From contig JAYZFV010000034.1 of NCBI GenBank assembly GCA_036336595.1, positions 1 through 58,395 of the forward strand: DNA of 58,395 bases, given 5' to 3'. This document shows positions 8,876 to 18,938 of this stretch, piece by piece. This DNA is from Thermoplasmatota archaeon. Its GTDB lineage: Archaea > Thermoplasmatota > Poseidoniia > Poseidoniales > Thalassarchaeaceae. The notes under the pieces were generated by a model, which was given only the letters and a program-made list of their open reading frames with translations, had not been told where the DNA came from and made no database searches. The first letter of the stretch is position 1, and each line of letters starts with the position of its first letter. The position numbers and the translations under genes are program-made.

Positions 8876-9691
8876 ATGCGACTCAGTCTCGATGAATTAA
8901 CTGAAATGGCTAGAAGATGCAGGACTGACATAGTCAGAATGACGAACGCGGCCGGCTCCGGGCATCCTGGTGGCTCTCTCTCTGCCATCGACCTCATGGT
9001 CGCTCTGTACGGAACCAACCTCAGATTCAGGGTCGACGACCCTGAATGGGGAGACCGTGATAGGTTCATTTTGAGCAAGGGGCATGCTAGTCCAGCGATG
9101 TACGCTATCCTCCACCAGATGGGAGTACTCGATGACACCGACATCATGGGCTTCAGAAAGTCTGGGTCGGTCTGCCAAGGCCATGTTGACATGAGTTGGA
9201 CGAACGGTGTGGACTTCTCTGGTGGTAGCCTCGGGATGGGCATGTCGTTTGGATTGGGCTGTGCCATAGCAGCGAAAATGGATGGTAGCCAACGACGCGT
9301 CTGGGTGATGATTGGCGATGGTGAGACGCAAGAGGGCCAAGTGTGGGAGGCTGCTATGGCTGCGGCTTACCACAACGCCTCGAACCTGAAGGTCATAGTC
9401 GATAGAAACAGAATTCAGAACGATGACTTCGTAGAGGATCAGATGGAGATAGGCGACATTGCCGCTAAGTTCTCTTCGTTCGGCTGGGAGGTCAAGGAAG
9501 TCGATGGGCACGACTTGGCTTCAGTGGTGGATGTGATTGACTGGGCTGCAACACACCAAGAGAGGCCTGTTGCAATTGTCGCCCACACCACCAAAGGCAA
9601 GGGAGTCTCCTTCATGGAAGACAACCCTTCTTTCCATGGTAAAGCTCCAACTGACCAGGAACTGCAGTTGGCCCTGGGGGAGTTAGCATGA
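8876..9691 (+). CDS. Transketolase, N-terminal (TPP-binding) subunit
   Basis: SGHPGGSLS, DRDRFILSKGH, GSLGMG, GDGE..EGQVWEA and HTTKGKG motifs. Confidence 0.93.
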   Translation: MRLSLDELTEMARRCRTDIVRMTNAAGSGHPGGSLSAIDLMVALYGTNLRFRVDDPEWGDRDRFILSKGHASPAMYAILHQMGVLDDTDIMGFRKSGSVCQGHVDMSWTNGVDFSGGSLGMGMSFGLGCAIAAKMDGSQRRVWVMIGDGETQEGQVWEAAMAAAYHNASNLKVIVDRNRIQNDDFVEDQMEIGDIAAKFSSFGWEVKEVDGHDLASVVDVIDWAATHQERPVAIVAHTTKGKGVSFMEDNPSFHGKAPTDQELQLALGELA

Positions 9692-10647
9692 GCGCTCCCT
9701 CTTCTGGGGGTGCTTCCAGAGACGGTTATGGCCGTGCGCTGCTAAGGCTGTCCGAGGATCCACGAGTAGTGGTCCTGGATGCAGACCTCGGAAAGTCCAC
9801 GAAGTCTTACTACTTTCGAACAGAGCATCCAGAGAGGACGGTTTCACTCGGAGTCGCCGAGCAGAACATGATGCTCGTGGCCGCGGGGATGGCATCCTCC
9901 GGGAAGATTCCTTTCGCTAGCACCTTTGCTATATTCTCCGAACGCGCCTTCGAGCAGATCAGGAATGCGATCGCTAGACCGGGACTGGCTGTACATGTCT
10001 GTGGAAGTCATGGGGGAATTCATACCGGCTCAGACGGGAGCAGTGCACAATCGATTGAGGACCTGGCAATCTACCGGACCTTGCCTGGGATGACCGTAGT
10101 TCATCCGTGTGATGACCTAGCTGCTGAGGAGTTGACGTTACAGCTCAAAGACATCGATGGACCCTCATACATGCGTACGGCTAGAAACAGGACGAGGCGC
10201 ATATATGACGATGATAGTGTGAGGGGTCTGAAGATTGGAAGCGGAAGCGTACTCAGGGAAGGAGGGGATGTCGCCATACTGTCTTGTGGAGTAATGGTGG
10301 AGCAGGCACTCGATGCTGCTTTTGACCTATCCAAAGAAGGCATCGAATCCACTGTGGTTGACATGCACACAATCAAACCCTTGGATGCTCCCATGCTCCA
10401 TAGGGTCACCGAAGAATGTGGTTGCTTGGTCACCGCAGAGGACCACTCTGTGATTGGGGGATTGGGGGGCGCTATTGCCGAATGGTTGTCCCTCAATCGT
10501 CCCATTCCCTTGGAGATGGTCGGTGTGGCCGATAGATTCGGCGAGAGTGGTGACCCAGATGATCTCATGCAGATAATGGGCCTTACCTCAGCTGAAATTT
10601 ATACTGCAGCGAAGCGTGCCATTGACAGGAGAAACACCATTCCCTGA
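9688..10647 (+). CDS. Transketolase, C-terminal subunit
   Basis: VVLDADL, GVAEQNM, TFAIF, DGSSAQ..EDLA, TIKPLD and EDHSVIGGLG motifs. Overlaps the N-subunit stop by 4 nt. Confidence 0.93.
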   Translation: MSAPSSGGASRDGYGRALLRLSEDPRVVVLDADLGKSTKSYYFRTEHPERTVSLGVAEQNMMLVAAGMASSGKIPFASTFAIFSERAFEQIRNAIARPGLAVHVCGSHGGIHTGSDGSSAQSIEDLAIYRTLPGMTVVHPCDDLAAEELTLQLKDIDGPSYMRTARNRTRRIYDDDSVRGLKIGSGSVLREGGDVAILSCGVMVEQALDAAFDLSKEGIESTVVDMHTIKPLDAPMLHRVTEECGCLVTAEDHSVIGGLGGAIAEWLSLNRPIPLEMVGVADRFGESGDPDDLMQIMGLTSAEIYTAAKRAIDRRNTIP

Positions 10648-10700
10648 ATACCATGGTGGCGGTCATTTCATAGGGGTCGGGATGGCGAGAATCATACTGG

Positions 10701-11285
10701 ATGGATGACCCCGATGCGGTGAAGAGGCTGCTCGATGGCACTATCGAGCCCTCGGAGATCGAAGGAAACCCCCGTCTATTTGCCATGGCTGAGAGGATCT
10801 ATGGTAGGGAGGCACTGGAAGAGCTTGGTGTGTTCGCCCCGGAAATCGAGACTCCGGTGATTCCTGAGAACATCGGAGCCATTCCCTCGGGGGTTAGCCT
10901 TCCGGACTTCCGACCCGAATTAGATGTATTGAAGTCAGGAGACGTGGAAAGGAAGAGTGGAAAGAGGAGGTTAGTTACCCTTGGATTTGGAATTCTGGGA
11001 CTCCTCGGTGTCAGCTTCAACCTAGTGATAGGAGTTGGTTGGGTACTTTGCTCAACAGGAATTGCAAACATGAGGGAGATTTGCTCCGAAGGAGATACCA
11101 AGGTTGTTTGGCACAATTCATTCGGTTGGGATAACCTTCACCAAACTGAAACATGGACTCAACCCATGCAGATTGACCTGGCCGACGGAGTACTGTTGGC
11201 GGTATTTTTGCTGTTGACTTTGATTGGCATTTTCGTCAGAAAGAAGTCAGTACATTCGGGCGATGTACTGCCTCCTCCTGGTTGA
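10701..11285 (+). CDS. Hypothetical membrane protein (2 TM segments)
   Basis: 194-aa ORF with an acidic N-terminal region and two hydrophobic helices flanked by basic residues. Confidence 0.6.
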   Translation: MDDPDAVKRLLDGTIEPSEIEGNPRLFAMAERIYGREALEELGVFAPEIETPVIPENIGAIPSGVSLPDFRPELDVLKSGDVERKSGKRRLVTLGFGILGLLGVSFNLVIGVGWVLCSTGIANMREICSEGDTKVVWHNSFGWDNLHQTETWTQPMQIDLADGVLLAVFLLLTLIGIFVRKKSVHSGDVLPPPG

Positions 11286-12797
11286 CTTGCCGGTAATAAC
11301 GCAAACACGGGGTTCTTTGAAAGAATCTTCACAATCGCCAAGAAGGGTCATACCAGTAAGTTTCTCGAGGACTTCAGCGTCCGAGTCGTTGCCGTCGAAG
11401 GCGACCTCGTAAACAATTCCCTCCTCGATTTGCCCGGCGAACTCCAAGTTCCCTTCCTCACCTACAAGTGAGGGTAGCGGTTTGACTAGATCCTCGAGGT
11501 TCTGGTTGGCACGTAATCTAAGTTCGTCCGCCAGAGAATCTAGAGCAGCGGATACGATAGATGCGATGCCATCTAGTGGATGTTCCATCTTTCCCCCAGT
11601 CCTCAGGGAGATGACGCATTGCCCTTTATCGAGGTCTCGGGGTCCGAGCTCAAGCCTGATTGGTGCCCCCCTAATCTCCCAATCATAGTGCTTCACACCG
11701 GGCCTCACGTCCCGGTCGTCGACCTTCACCCTTAGTCCGGCTGATGACAGGTCGTCGGCAAGCGCCGTCACTGCCGGAGTGACTCTATCGTCCGCATGGG
11801 CAGCCACAGGCATCAGGATGACTTGGAAGGGCGCCACCGAAGGAGGCAGGATTAGACCGTTGTCGTCACCATGCATCCCCACTACTGCCCCCAATAGCCT
11901 CTCAGACATTCCGAAGGTGGTTTGGTGGCAAAGTTTCGTCTGCCCGTCCGCGGCTTCGTACGAGAGGTCGAAGGCGCCCGCCCACTGGTCGCGATAATGG
12001 TGGTAGGTTGCGACTTGCAGCGTCCGTCCATTAGGCATCACTACGTCGGCGGCCTTGGAGAACCAAGCCCCAGGGAAGGTGTCCCAAACGGGTCTCCTCG
12101 AAACAATGGAGGGCAGGCACAAATCATGAAGGATCCTTTGGACCATCGCTGCGTCCTCCTCGATCTGACGGTTCGCGCCATCCTCGTCCGCATGGGCTGT
12201 GTGTGCCTCGAAGAAGTGGATCTCTCGGACGCGGATGAATGACCGGGTCTGCTTCGTCTCATAGCGGAAGGTATTGACAATCTGGAAGGTCTTCAGTGGG
12301 AGGTCGGCGTGGCTTCTGACCCATAACGAGAACATGGTGTACATCGGGGTCTCGGAAGTCGGACGAAGGAACATGGGAACCTCTAGTTCGTTCTCGCCCC
12401 CATGAGTAACCCAATAGACCTCCTTCTTGAACCCCGAGTTTTCATCATCCATTCGGAGTTCTGATGGGTCCGCACCAGCTTCCCTGGCTATCTTGAGCTT
12501 GGAGACGAGTCGGTTCTCCTTCTCGAGAAGGTCCTCCGGTACGAGCAGGGGGAAGCTGTACTCCTGATGGCCAGTTCTCGCCATCTCTGAACGAGCAAGG
12601 CCATCAATCAGGTTCATCGTGCTCAAACCATACGGCTTCCAAACGTCCATGCCTTTGATCGGATACCTCTTATCGACCAAATCCGCAATCTCGATGATGG
12701 CGGGGTACCATGCGTTGAAATCCGACTTTGGTGGGATGCCGCGCTTGGCTTTCCTTGGGCTTGCCATGGTTCTTCTCCCCGTCGCCAATCGCTTCAA
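11247..12797 (-). CDS. proS: Proline--tRNA ligase (archaeal/eukaryotic type)
   Basis: FNAWY, LRPTSET, SHADLP, FRYETKQTRSFIRVREI, GMSERLLGA..HGDD.GLILPP and C-terminal ARMY. The start may be 12767. Confidence 0.96.
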   Translation of the reverse strand: MKRLATGRRTMASPRKAKRGIPPKSDFNAWYPAIIEIADLVDKRYPIKGMDVWKPYGLSTMNLIDGLARSEMARTGHQEYSFPLLVPEDLLEKENRLVSKLKIAREAGADPSELRMDDENSGFKKEVYWVTHGGENELEVPMFLRPTSETPMYTMFSLWVRSHADLPLKTFQIVNTFRYETKQTRSFIRVREIHFFEAHTAHADEDGANRQIEEDAAMVQRILHDLCLPSIVSRRPVWDTFPGAWFSKAADVVMPNGRTLQVATYHHYRDQWAGAFDLSYEAADGQTKLCHQTTFGMSERLLGAVVGMHGDDNGLILPPSVAPFQVILMPVAAHADDRVTPAVTALADDLSSAGLRVKVDDRDVRPGVKHYDWEIRGAPIRLELGPRDLDKGQCVISLRTGGKMEHPLDGIASIVSAALDSLADELRLRANQNLEDLVKPLPSLVGEEGNLEFAGQIEEGIVYEVAFDGNDSDAEVLEKLTGMTLLGDCEDSFKEPRVCVITGKSTRRRQYIARMY

Positions 12798-12816
12798 TGA
12801 TTCGTATACTAAGTGC

Positions 12817-14010
12817 TCAATTGGATGAGATAATAGCCTCTATGGCCTCACACAGTTCGAGGTTGTCCTTCATTGGATGAACCGAGCCGTCAGGCTTCAC
12901 AATCCTGCACCTTGGGGTGTTTTCATCCGTAACTTCCCCCATTAGGTTCGCTACGACGGCATCGACTCCATATGCAGCAATCTGCTCCATCGCCCTTTCG
13001 ACGAGGACGCTCTCAGAGACACCGACCTCGAGTTTGAAGCCTATCCGAGTAGATTTCCCCACGAGCGGGGAGAGTTTGGCGATATGTTTCGGCCCGGGAC
13101 TAAGTGTTAGTTCCCACGACTCTTCGCCGCTGGCCCTCTTTCCTCCCTCGGGATGCGCGTAATAGTCCAGTACTGCAGCGGCATGAATCCAGGCTTCGGG
13201 CATATTTTCTGACTTGGCAACTTCTAATGAAACGGAGAGCATCCCATCCGGAGTACCGGCCCTGCGTACGTCTGGTAATAGGAACGAGGGGGATGCTGAG
13301 GTCTTTCCCGCAATGCAGATGATGTCGTGCCCCATCCTATGGAGATGCTCTGCAATGGCCCAACCGGTTTGTCCAGAGGAAGCGTTTTGGATTGCCCTCA
13401 CTGCATCGATCGGAGCCCTATTGGCCCCTAATGTAATGGCGATTCGCCTTCGGTTGTCGAGCTCCTTATTGAGGAGATTACAAAACTTAGCAACGATTGT
13501 TATCGTATCAGGCTGCTTCCTACGATCCTCAGTTGAATCGTCCACGAGAACGGCGGCTCCGTCGGCTTCCAGCGCATCAATCAGTTCCCCCGTAACAGGG
13601 TCATCGAATAGGTCATCGTGCATCGACGGGACGAACAACAATGGAGTATCGCTACCCCTAGCAGCAGAGAGGGCCATCATGACCGGAGAGTCGATGATGC
13701 CGTGTACGTGCTTCGCTATCGTGTTTCGGGTGGCTGGGGCCAGCAGGACCCCATCGAAGCCAGCGAGTTGTGCCATTTCCGGGTCCCAGTCTGTAAGTAC
13801 GTCGGTTCCTGAACCCCATGAGAGGGCCAGAGGGGTGATTACCCTCTCAGCACTGCTTGTCATCATAGTGACGATTGAAGCCCCATGTCGTCGAAGCTCC
13901 CTTGCGAGTTTGACAGACTCGACTGCAGCGATTCCTCCAGAAACAGCAAACAAGACTGTTCTACCTGCTAGGCAGCGGCTGCTGACCTCAACTCCGGTGT
14001 CACCTCTCAC
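12817..14010 (-). CDS. coaBC: Bifunctional phosphopantothenoylcysteine decarboxylase/synthetase
   Basis: SGGIAAV, APATRNTIAK, PSMH, IDAVRAIQNASSGQTG, HAAAVLDY, GFKLE and VVAN motifs. Confidence 0.93.
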   Translation of the reverse strand: MRGDTGVEVSSRCLAGRTVLFAVSGGIAAVESVKLARELRRHGASIVTMMTSSAERVITPLALSWGSGTDVLTDWDPEMAQLAGFDGVLLAPATRNTIAKHVHGIIDSPVMMALSAARGSDTPLLFVPSMHDDLFDDPVTGELIDALEADGAAVLVDDSTEDRRKQPDTITIVAKFCNLLNKELDNRRRIAITLGANRAPIDAVRAIQNASSGQTGWAIAEHLHRMGHDIICIAGKTSASPSFLLPDVRRAGTPDGMLSVSLEVAKSENMPEAWIHAAAVLDYYAHPEGGKRASGEESWELTLSPGPKHIAKLSPLVGKSTRIGFKLEVGVSESVLVERAMEQIAAYGVDAVVANLMGEVTDENTPRCRIVKPDGSVHPMKDNLELCEAIEAIISSN

Positions 14011-14067
14011 GTGCGTGGTACCGCTTGGTGCTTCATGAGTGCGTCGACTGATAGATTCGTATTACTG

Positions 14068-15201
14068 TTATACCCTCTCAAGGGCGGTTGCGATGCCCAT
14101 GCCACCACCGATGCACATGGTAGCTATAGCTCGCTGGCCGCCCGTTCTGGTCAGTAAGCTGGCAGCTTTGCATGTGATTCTGGCACCAGAAGCACCTAGG
14201 GGGTGTCCAATTGCAATCGCACCACCATCCAAATTGACAAGTTGCGGGTCCAATCCCAACTGCTTGACGCAAACGATGCTCTGAGATGAAAATGCCTCGT
14301 TCAACTCAAAAAGGTCAACGTCTGGAATTTCCCAACCTGCCCGTTGCAACACTAGCTCGGTGGCCGAGATTGGCCCTAGGCCCATCAAGTCTGGGGGGCA
14401 ACCAGTTACTGCGCCCGCAACTATTGCTGCGATGGGTGCCAATCCATTGGCAAGGGCGAACTCCTCACTGCAGACAAGCGCAAATGCAGTACCATCGGTC
14501 AGAGGCGAAGATGTTGCAGCCGTGACCGATCCTCCTTCGATGAACGCAGGGGGTAGGAGAGACATCGATTCGAGCGAGGTTTCGGGGCGTACGCACTCGT
14601 CTTTGTGAACCTCGCCATCAGGCTTGGAAATAGGAGCCAACTCGTCGTTGAAGTACCCTGCCTGCAAGGCTTCGGTCGCCTTCTGATGGGATGTCAGAGC
14701 GAATCTCTCCTGCTCCTCCCTCGAGATGCCGTGAAGATCGGCTACGTTCTCTGCAGTTATTCCCATGTCGACGTATGCCTGGGGGTATGAAGACTCCAAT
14801 TCGGGGTGGGGACTCCAATTGAATCCTCTACGCATTACCCTAGACATGGACTCGACTCCCCCACAAAGGAAGCACCCTCCCCAGCCGCTCATTATGTAAG
14901 AGGCCGCTGTGAGGATGGACTGCATCGAAGAACCGCACAGCCGATTGAAAGTCGCACCGGGCACAGAATTGGGCAAACCCCCGAGATAGGTGATTATTCG
15001 ACCGATGTTGTAGCCCTGCTCCCCCTCTGGGTAGGCGCAGCCCACTAGAATGTCATCGATAAGGGCGGGTTCTATAGAATTACGTTCGAGCAAGGTTCGA
15101 GCGACTTGTCCGGCCATCTCATCGGGGCGCACATCAGCGAGGCCGCCTCTGTGGGCCTTCGCGAATGGGGAGCGGTTCCAATCGACGATTACCGCTCTCA
15201 C
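14068..15201 (-). CDS. Acetyl-CoA C-acyltransferase (thiolase)
   Basis: NRLCGSSM, GGVESMS, ELNEAF, GHPLGASG and MCIGGG catalytic motifs. GTG at 15201 chosen as start. Confidence 0.93.
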   Translation of the reverse strand: MRAVIVDWNRSPFAKAHRGGLADVRPDEMAGQVARTLLERNSIEPALIDDILVGCAYPEGEQGYNIGRIITYLGGLPNSVPGATFNRLCGSSMQSILTAASYIMSGWGGCFLCGGVESMSRVMRRGFNWSPHPELESSYPQAYVDMGITAENVADLHGISREEQERFALTSHQKATEALQAGYFNDELAPISKPDGEVHKDECVRPETSLESMSLLPPAFIEGGSVTAATSSPLTDGTAFALVCSEEFALANGLAPIAAIVAGAVTGCPPDLMGLGPISATELVLQRAGWEIPDVDLFELNEAFSSQSIVCVKQLGLDPQLVNLDGGAIAIGHPLGASGARITCKAASLLTRTGGQRAIATMCIGGGMGIATALERV

Positions 15202-15299
15202 GGAGGCTCGTCGCAAGGGGCGGCCATAACGATTCCCGGTATATTGAGTCGGGGACCTTCACCGAGGGGTTCTTGTGTAAGCGTCGATGGGCCGCTCCC

Positions 15300-15989
15300 A
15301 TGATAAGGGAATGCGCAATACACGGTTATTTCTCTGATGACGACCTGTGTCCGGCCTGCAATTCTGATGGCAAGTTCATCATGAGTACGGGCGAGCGGGA
15401 CAGCATGGGGAGGAAGCTCGCACTCGTCCTGAGGCATGCGCCCGAAAAGTTCGATCTCGATATGGACATCAATGGGTGGATCGACGTGAGAGACATCATC
15501 AGGCAGTTCAAGAACTCCAACAAAAGGAGGCAGCATTGGCTACGACCCCACCACTTCAGGGCGATCTCGGAGACAGACCCGAAGGGAAGGTACGAGGTTC
15601 GCGGCAACATGATCAGAGCAACTTACGGTCATACCGTGGAAATTGAGCTCGACCTGCCAACCAGTGATATTCCAGACTCGCTGTACTATCCCTGCGATCC
15701 CGAAGAGGCTGGAAACCTGCTTGAGGTTGGGATCAAACCAGCAGGCAGGGCGCACGTTCACCTTTCTGCCAATATGCGAGCAGCCGCTGAGGCGGGCAGA
15801 GTGCATAGGGCCGATCCTGCCATCATAGAGGTCGATACTGCCAGAATGGTGGCTACCGGGGAGACCATTTGGCATGCTGGAGTGACCGTGTACCTGACTG
15901 AAAACGTGGCAGGGGAGTACCTTAGTATCGTAGACCCGGCAGATCCCGAACTCTCCCTATTGAGGGACACATGGCTCGAAGAGGAATAG
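15300..15989 (+). CDS. kptA: RNA 2'-phosphotransferase Tpt1/KptA
   Basis: Archaeal N-terminal CxxH...CxxC, then LRHAP, KGRYE, IRATYGH, GIKPAGRAHVHLS and VYL. Confidence 0.92.
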   Translation: MIRECAIHGYFSDDDLCPACNSDGKFIMSTGERDSMGRKLALVLRHAPEKFDLDMDINGWIDVRDIIRQFKNSNKRRQHWLRPHHFRAISETDPKGRYEVRGNMIRATYGHTVEIELDLPTSDIPDSLYYPCDPEEAGNLLEVGIKPAGRAHVHLSANMRAAAEAGRVHRADPAIIEVDTARMVATGETIWHAGVTVYLTENVAGEYLSIVDPADPELSLLRDTWLEEE

Positions 15990-16313
15990 TCAGAACTCAC
16001 CACATACGGGACAGAATTCGATGTCGTGGCTCATGGCAGCGCCGCATTTTGGGCATTCCCCCCCTTCCTTGGGAGTGGGGGCCACCTCATGCTGACTCGC
16101 TACCCTAGTCGAAGATTCCCTATCCACGAATGGGGCTGCGACGCTGTCGCCCAGCCTCTCGATTAGCTCCCCGAAGCGTATTGCCTCAGCGATAGCAATC
16201 TCGATCTGTAGCCTCCTCCGATCTCTTTCATTTGAGTCTTCAATGTTAGTGGTTTCTGCGAGTTCGGCTTGCAGCCACCTCTGGAACCTGCTAATGTCAT
16301 TGGTATTAGGCAC
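15990..16313 (-). CDS. Small protein with C-terminal zinc ribbon
   Basis: CPKCG...FCPVCG at the C-terminus, after a helical charged N-terminal region. Confidence 0.65.
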   Translation of the reverse strand: MPNTNDISRFQRWLQAELAETTNIEDSNERDRRRLQIEIAIAEAIRFGELIERLGDSVAAPFVDRESSTRVASQHEVAPTPKEGGECPKCGAAMSHDIEFCPVCGEF

Positions 16314-16402
16314 GAACTCACCAATTGGCTATCATGGTTAAACTGTACGCGTCCGGGATTGAAAATGTTAGAATACGAGTTCCATGAGGGCGCGTTGGTA
16401 AG

Positions 16403-17200
16403 ATGAAAGGCAGAATAGTGATTAAACTTGGGGGGAATCTAATCACCGACAAATCATCCCAGAAGACCATTAGGCGGGAAGAAATCAATGCCGTCTCCTC
16501 CGTCCTCGCTGCCACTATCGACGAAGGTTACACGTTGGTAATAGTTCATGGAGCAGGTTCCTTCGGCCATCTGCTAGCGAGACGCTGGTTAATTGACACT
16601 GGGGCTAAACCAGAAATTCTTGGAGGGCAAAGGGATGCAGTGTCTCAGATTAGAACGGACATGCGTGAGTTGAACTCAGAAATAGTATCCAGTCTAGCCC
16701 GTAATGGGCTTCGTTCAGAGGGCCTTCCCCCCTCTAATTGGGCGGAAGGTACTGGAAGAGAGTTCGTGGGCGACCTATCAATCTTCGAGCGTGAATCGGC
16801 TGATGTTATCCCCATTACTTTCGGAGACGTTGTCAATAAAGGAGGTATGGAGGAATTCGGAATCCTCTCTGGGGATGACCTGATGCTAAGGCTATCCTTG
16901 GAACTTCCGGATGTGACGCACTCGATTTTCCTGCTTGGAGATGCTGGAGGTGTGATGGACAGGCCTCCAGATCAGACGGGCGCACAACTACTGCCGAGTT
17001 GGAAACCACAGGACGATATAGCCTCTAACCACCTACCTGAGATCGACGTAACGGGGGGAATAAACCTCAAGCTTGAACGTGCAAGCGAGATAGCAAACGT
17101 AGTGAAGGAAGTTTGGCTATTGGATGGTAGAGAGCCGGACAGGGTGCTTGAGTTGCTAAGTGCCGGTAAAACGGTCGGGACAAAGATCCTCGGTAGTTGA
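16403..17200 (+). CDS. ipk: Isopentenyl phosphate kinase
   Basis: IKLGGNLITDK, VHGAGSFGH (IPK-diagnostic His), FGDVV, ILSGDD and DVTGGI..K motifs. Adjacent to the IDI-GGPPS fusion. Confidence 0.9.
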   Translation: MKGRIVIKLGGNLITDKSSQKTIRREEINAVSSVLAATIDEGYTLVIVHGAGSFGHLLARRWLIDTGAKPEILGGQRDAVSQIRTDMRELNSEIVSSLARNGLRSEGLPPSNWAEGTGREFVGDLSIFERESADVIPITFGDVVNKGGMEEFGILSGDDLMLRLSLELPDVTHSIFLLGDAGGVMDRPPDQTGAQLLPSWKPQDDIASNHLPEIDVTGGINLKLERASEIANVVKEVWLLDGREPDRVLELLSAGKTVGTKILGS

Positions 17201-17243
17201 GGAACTTCATATATGCCCCTCATTCCCCTAATACCTGAGAGAA

Positions 17244-18938
17244 ATGGTACACGACCGGTCTTTGTCGTTGGAAGACCATGACGGCGCCCAGTCAGAGATG
17301 ATGGAGGAGATGTGCCTTGTAGTTGATGGGCAAGACAATATGACTAGAACCCTATCAAAATTTGATTGCCATCATCTTGACGGGCACAGGCACAGGGCCT
17401 TCAGCGTGCTCCTATTCGATTCAAAGGGTCGCCTGCTGGTACAACGCAGATCCTCTGAGAAAATCACCTTTCCCGGGGTTTGGGGTAACACTTGCTGCAG
17501 TCACCCCCTCAATATAAAGGGCGAAAATGGAGATGCAGTGAGCGGCGTCATCAACGCTGCTAAGAGGAAGCTGGAACACGAGCTCGGAATTCCCACAATC
17601 TCCACGGATAGCTGGGATTTCCATCATATTGGCATATTGGAGTATGCTTGCAGGTGGGATGAAAAATGGATCGAGAGAGAGATGGACCACATTCTGATTG
17701 TGGAAGGGGACGCCGAGATAACTCCAAACGAAAACGAGATTGCGGCCGTCCGATGGATGTACCCAGCCGATGTTGAGAAGATGATGGAAGGTGAGGGCGA
17801 ATGGGGCGAAGAGAATGTAGCTCCTTGGTTTCGGCTGATCTGGCAGCATTTCATAGAGCCCAATGGGGTTGATGCCAATACCCTCGCAAACTCAATTTTC
17901 GAAGACATCATATTTTGCGGGGAGGTAGATTTGAATGGTCTGCCAATCAAGCCCGGATATAACCTACTAGATGCCCTGTCAGTGCAGAGAGAACAGGTCG
18001 AGAAGGAAATCATGACCAGCCTCAGCAAGATGAGGCAGGAAAGGCTACACGGCGCAATGACTCATCTTTTCAAGGGAGGTGGGAAGAGACTGAGGGCGAT
18101 ACTGCCTCGGCTCGTGGGAGAGGCCGTAGGAGATGCTAACGACGGGCACTACACCCTCGGGGCGTCGATTGAGATTATTCACAACTTCACCCTAGTCCAC
18201 GACGACATCATGGACCAAGACCCGATACGAAGGGGACTGGAGGCGGTTCATGTCGCATATGATGTTGCAACTGCCATTAACGCAGGAGACGCGATGCTAG
18301 CAGTTGGGTTCGAGATCCTGGCAGAGTCAAAGGACATCCCCCCCGAAATTCTCAGGCAACTTATCATTGCTATTGGGGAGATGGTGAGGGGGGTCGCAGA
18401 GGGCCAGCAGGAAGACATCGAGTTCGAGGGCAGGGAGCACGTCACTGAGGAAGAGTACATTGCCATGATAGCAGGCAAGACCAGTGCTATGTTCGAAACC
18501 TGCGCTAGGACCGGAGCGATACTCGCCAACGCTAGCCAGGATTCCGTCGAAAACATGGCTCGATGGGGGCTGAATCTTGGTCTCTGCTTCCAACTGATGG
18601 ATGACCTCATTGAAATCACTGGCGACACCGTCACACTGGGCAAGCCAGCAGGGTCTGATATCGTACAGGGTAAGAAGACGCTGATAGCTATACACGCTAT
18701 TGGCTGCGGAATAGATCTACCACATTTCAACAAGGTCTATGGCACAGAGAATTGCGATGATGATGACTTGTCCAGAGCCGTAGATGAGCTGCGAGAATCT
18801 GGTTCGATTGACTATGCCAAGCAAAAGGCGATGGAGCACCACGCATTGGCTCATAGTTGCCTGGACGAGCTGGAAGAATCCGAGGCAGTTGACGTGTTGA
18901 GGGAGCTCACTGACTTCCAACTGATCAGGATAAACTAA
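17244..18938 (+). CDS. Fused type 1 isopentenyl-diphosphate isomerase / geranylgeranyl diphosphate synthase
   Basis: N-terminal domain has HRAFS, KITFP, NTCCSHP and EREMDH. C-terminal domain has GGKRLR, FTLVHDDIMD..RRG, GQQED, KT, FQLMDD and GK..GSD..GKKT. Confidence 0.92.
   Translation: MVHDRSLSLEDHDGAQSEMMEEMCLVVDGQDNMTRTLSKFDCHHLDGHRHRAFSVLLFDSKGRLLVQRRSSEKITFPGVWGNTCCSHPLNIKGENGDAVSGVINAAKRKLEHELGIPTISTDSWDFHHIGILEYACRWDEKWIEREMDHILIVEGDAEITPNENEIAAVRWMYPADVEKMMEGEGEWGEENVAPWFRLIWQHFIEPNGVDANTLANSIFEDIIFCGEVDLNGLPIKPGYNLLDALSVQREQVEKEIMTSLSKMRQERLHGAMTHLFKGGGKRLRAILPRLVGEAVGDANDGHYTLGASIEIIHNFTLVHDDIMDQDPIRRGLEAVHVAYDVATAINAGDAMLAVGFEILAESKDIPPEILRQLIIAIGEMVRGVAEGQQEDIEFEGREHVTEEEYIAMIAGKTSAMFETCARTGAILANASQDSVENMARWGLNLGLCFQLMDDLIEITGDTVTLGKPAGSDIVQGKKTLIAIHAIGCGIDLPHFNKVYGTENCDDDDLSRAVDELRESGSIDYAKQKAMEHHALAHSCLDELEESEAVDVLRELTDFQLIRIN

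Noticed and set aside
11247-11285. Several tail-to-tail gene overlaps (also 25089-25125, 36828-36842 and 51446-51504)
   Set aside because: These are expected in a compact genome, and nothing in the sequence points to dedicated antisense regulation.
13490-13560. CoaBC lacks the bacterial catalytic-Cys substrate clamp (ACG..G.G)
   Set aside because: Loss of this motif is a known trait of archaeal CoaBC, so it does not indicate a pseudogene.
13214-14038. Long antisense ORFs (here 274 aa; also 25150-26013 and 49788-50764)
   Set aside because: They lie fully opposite well-supported genes, have Ser-rich shadow composition and show no recognisable motifs.
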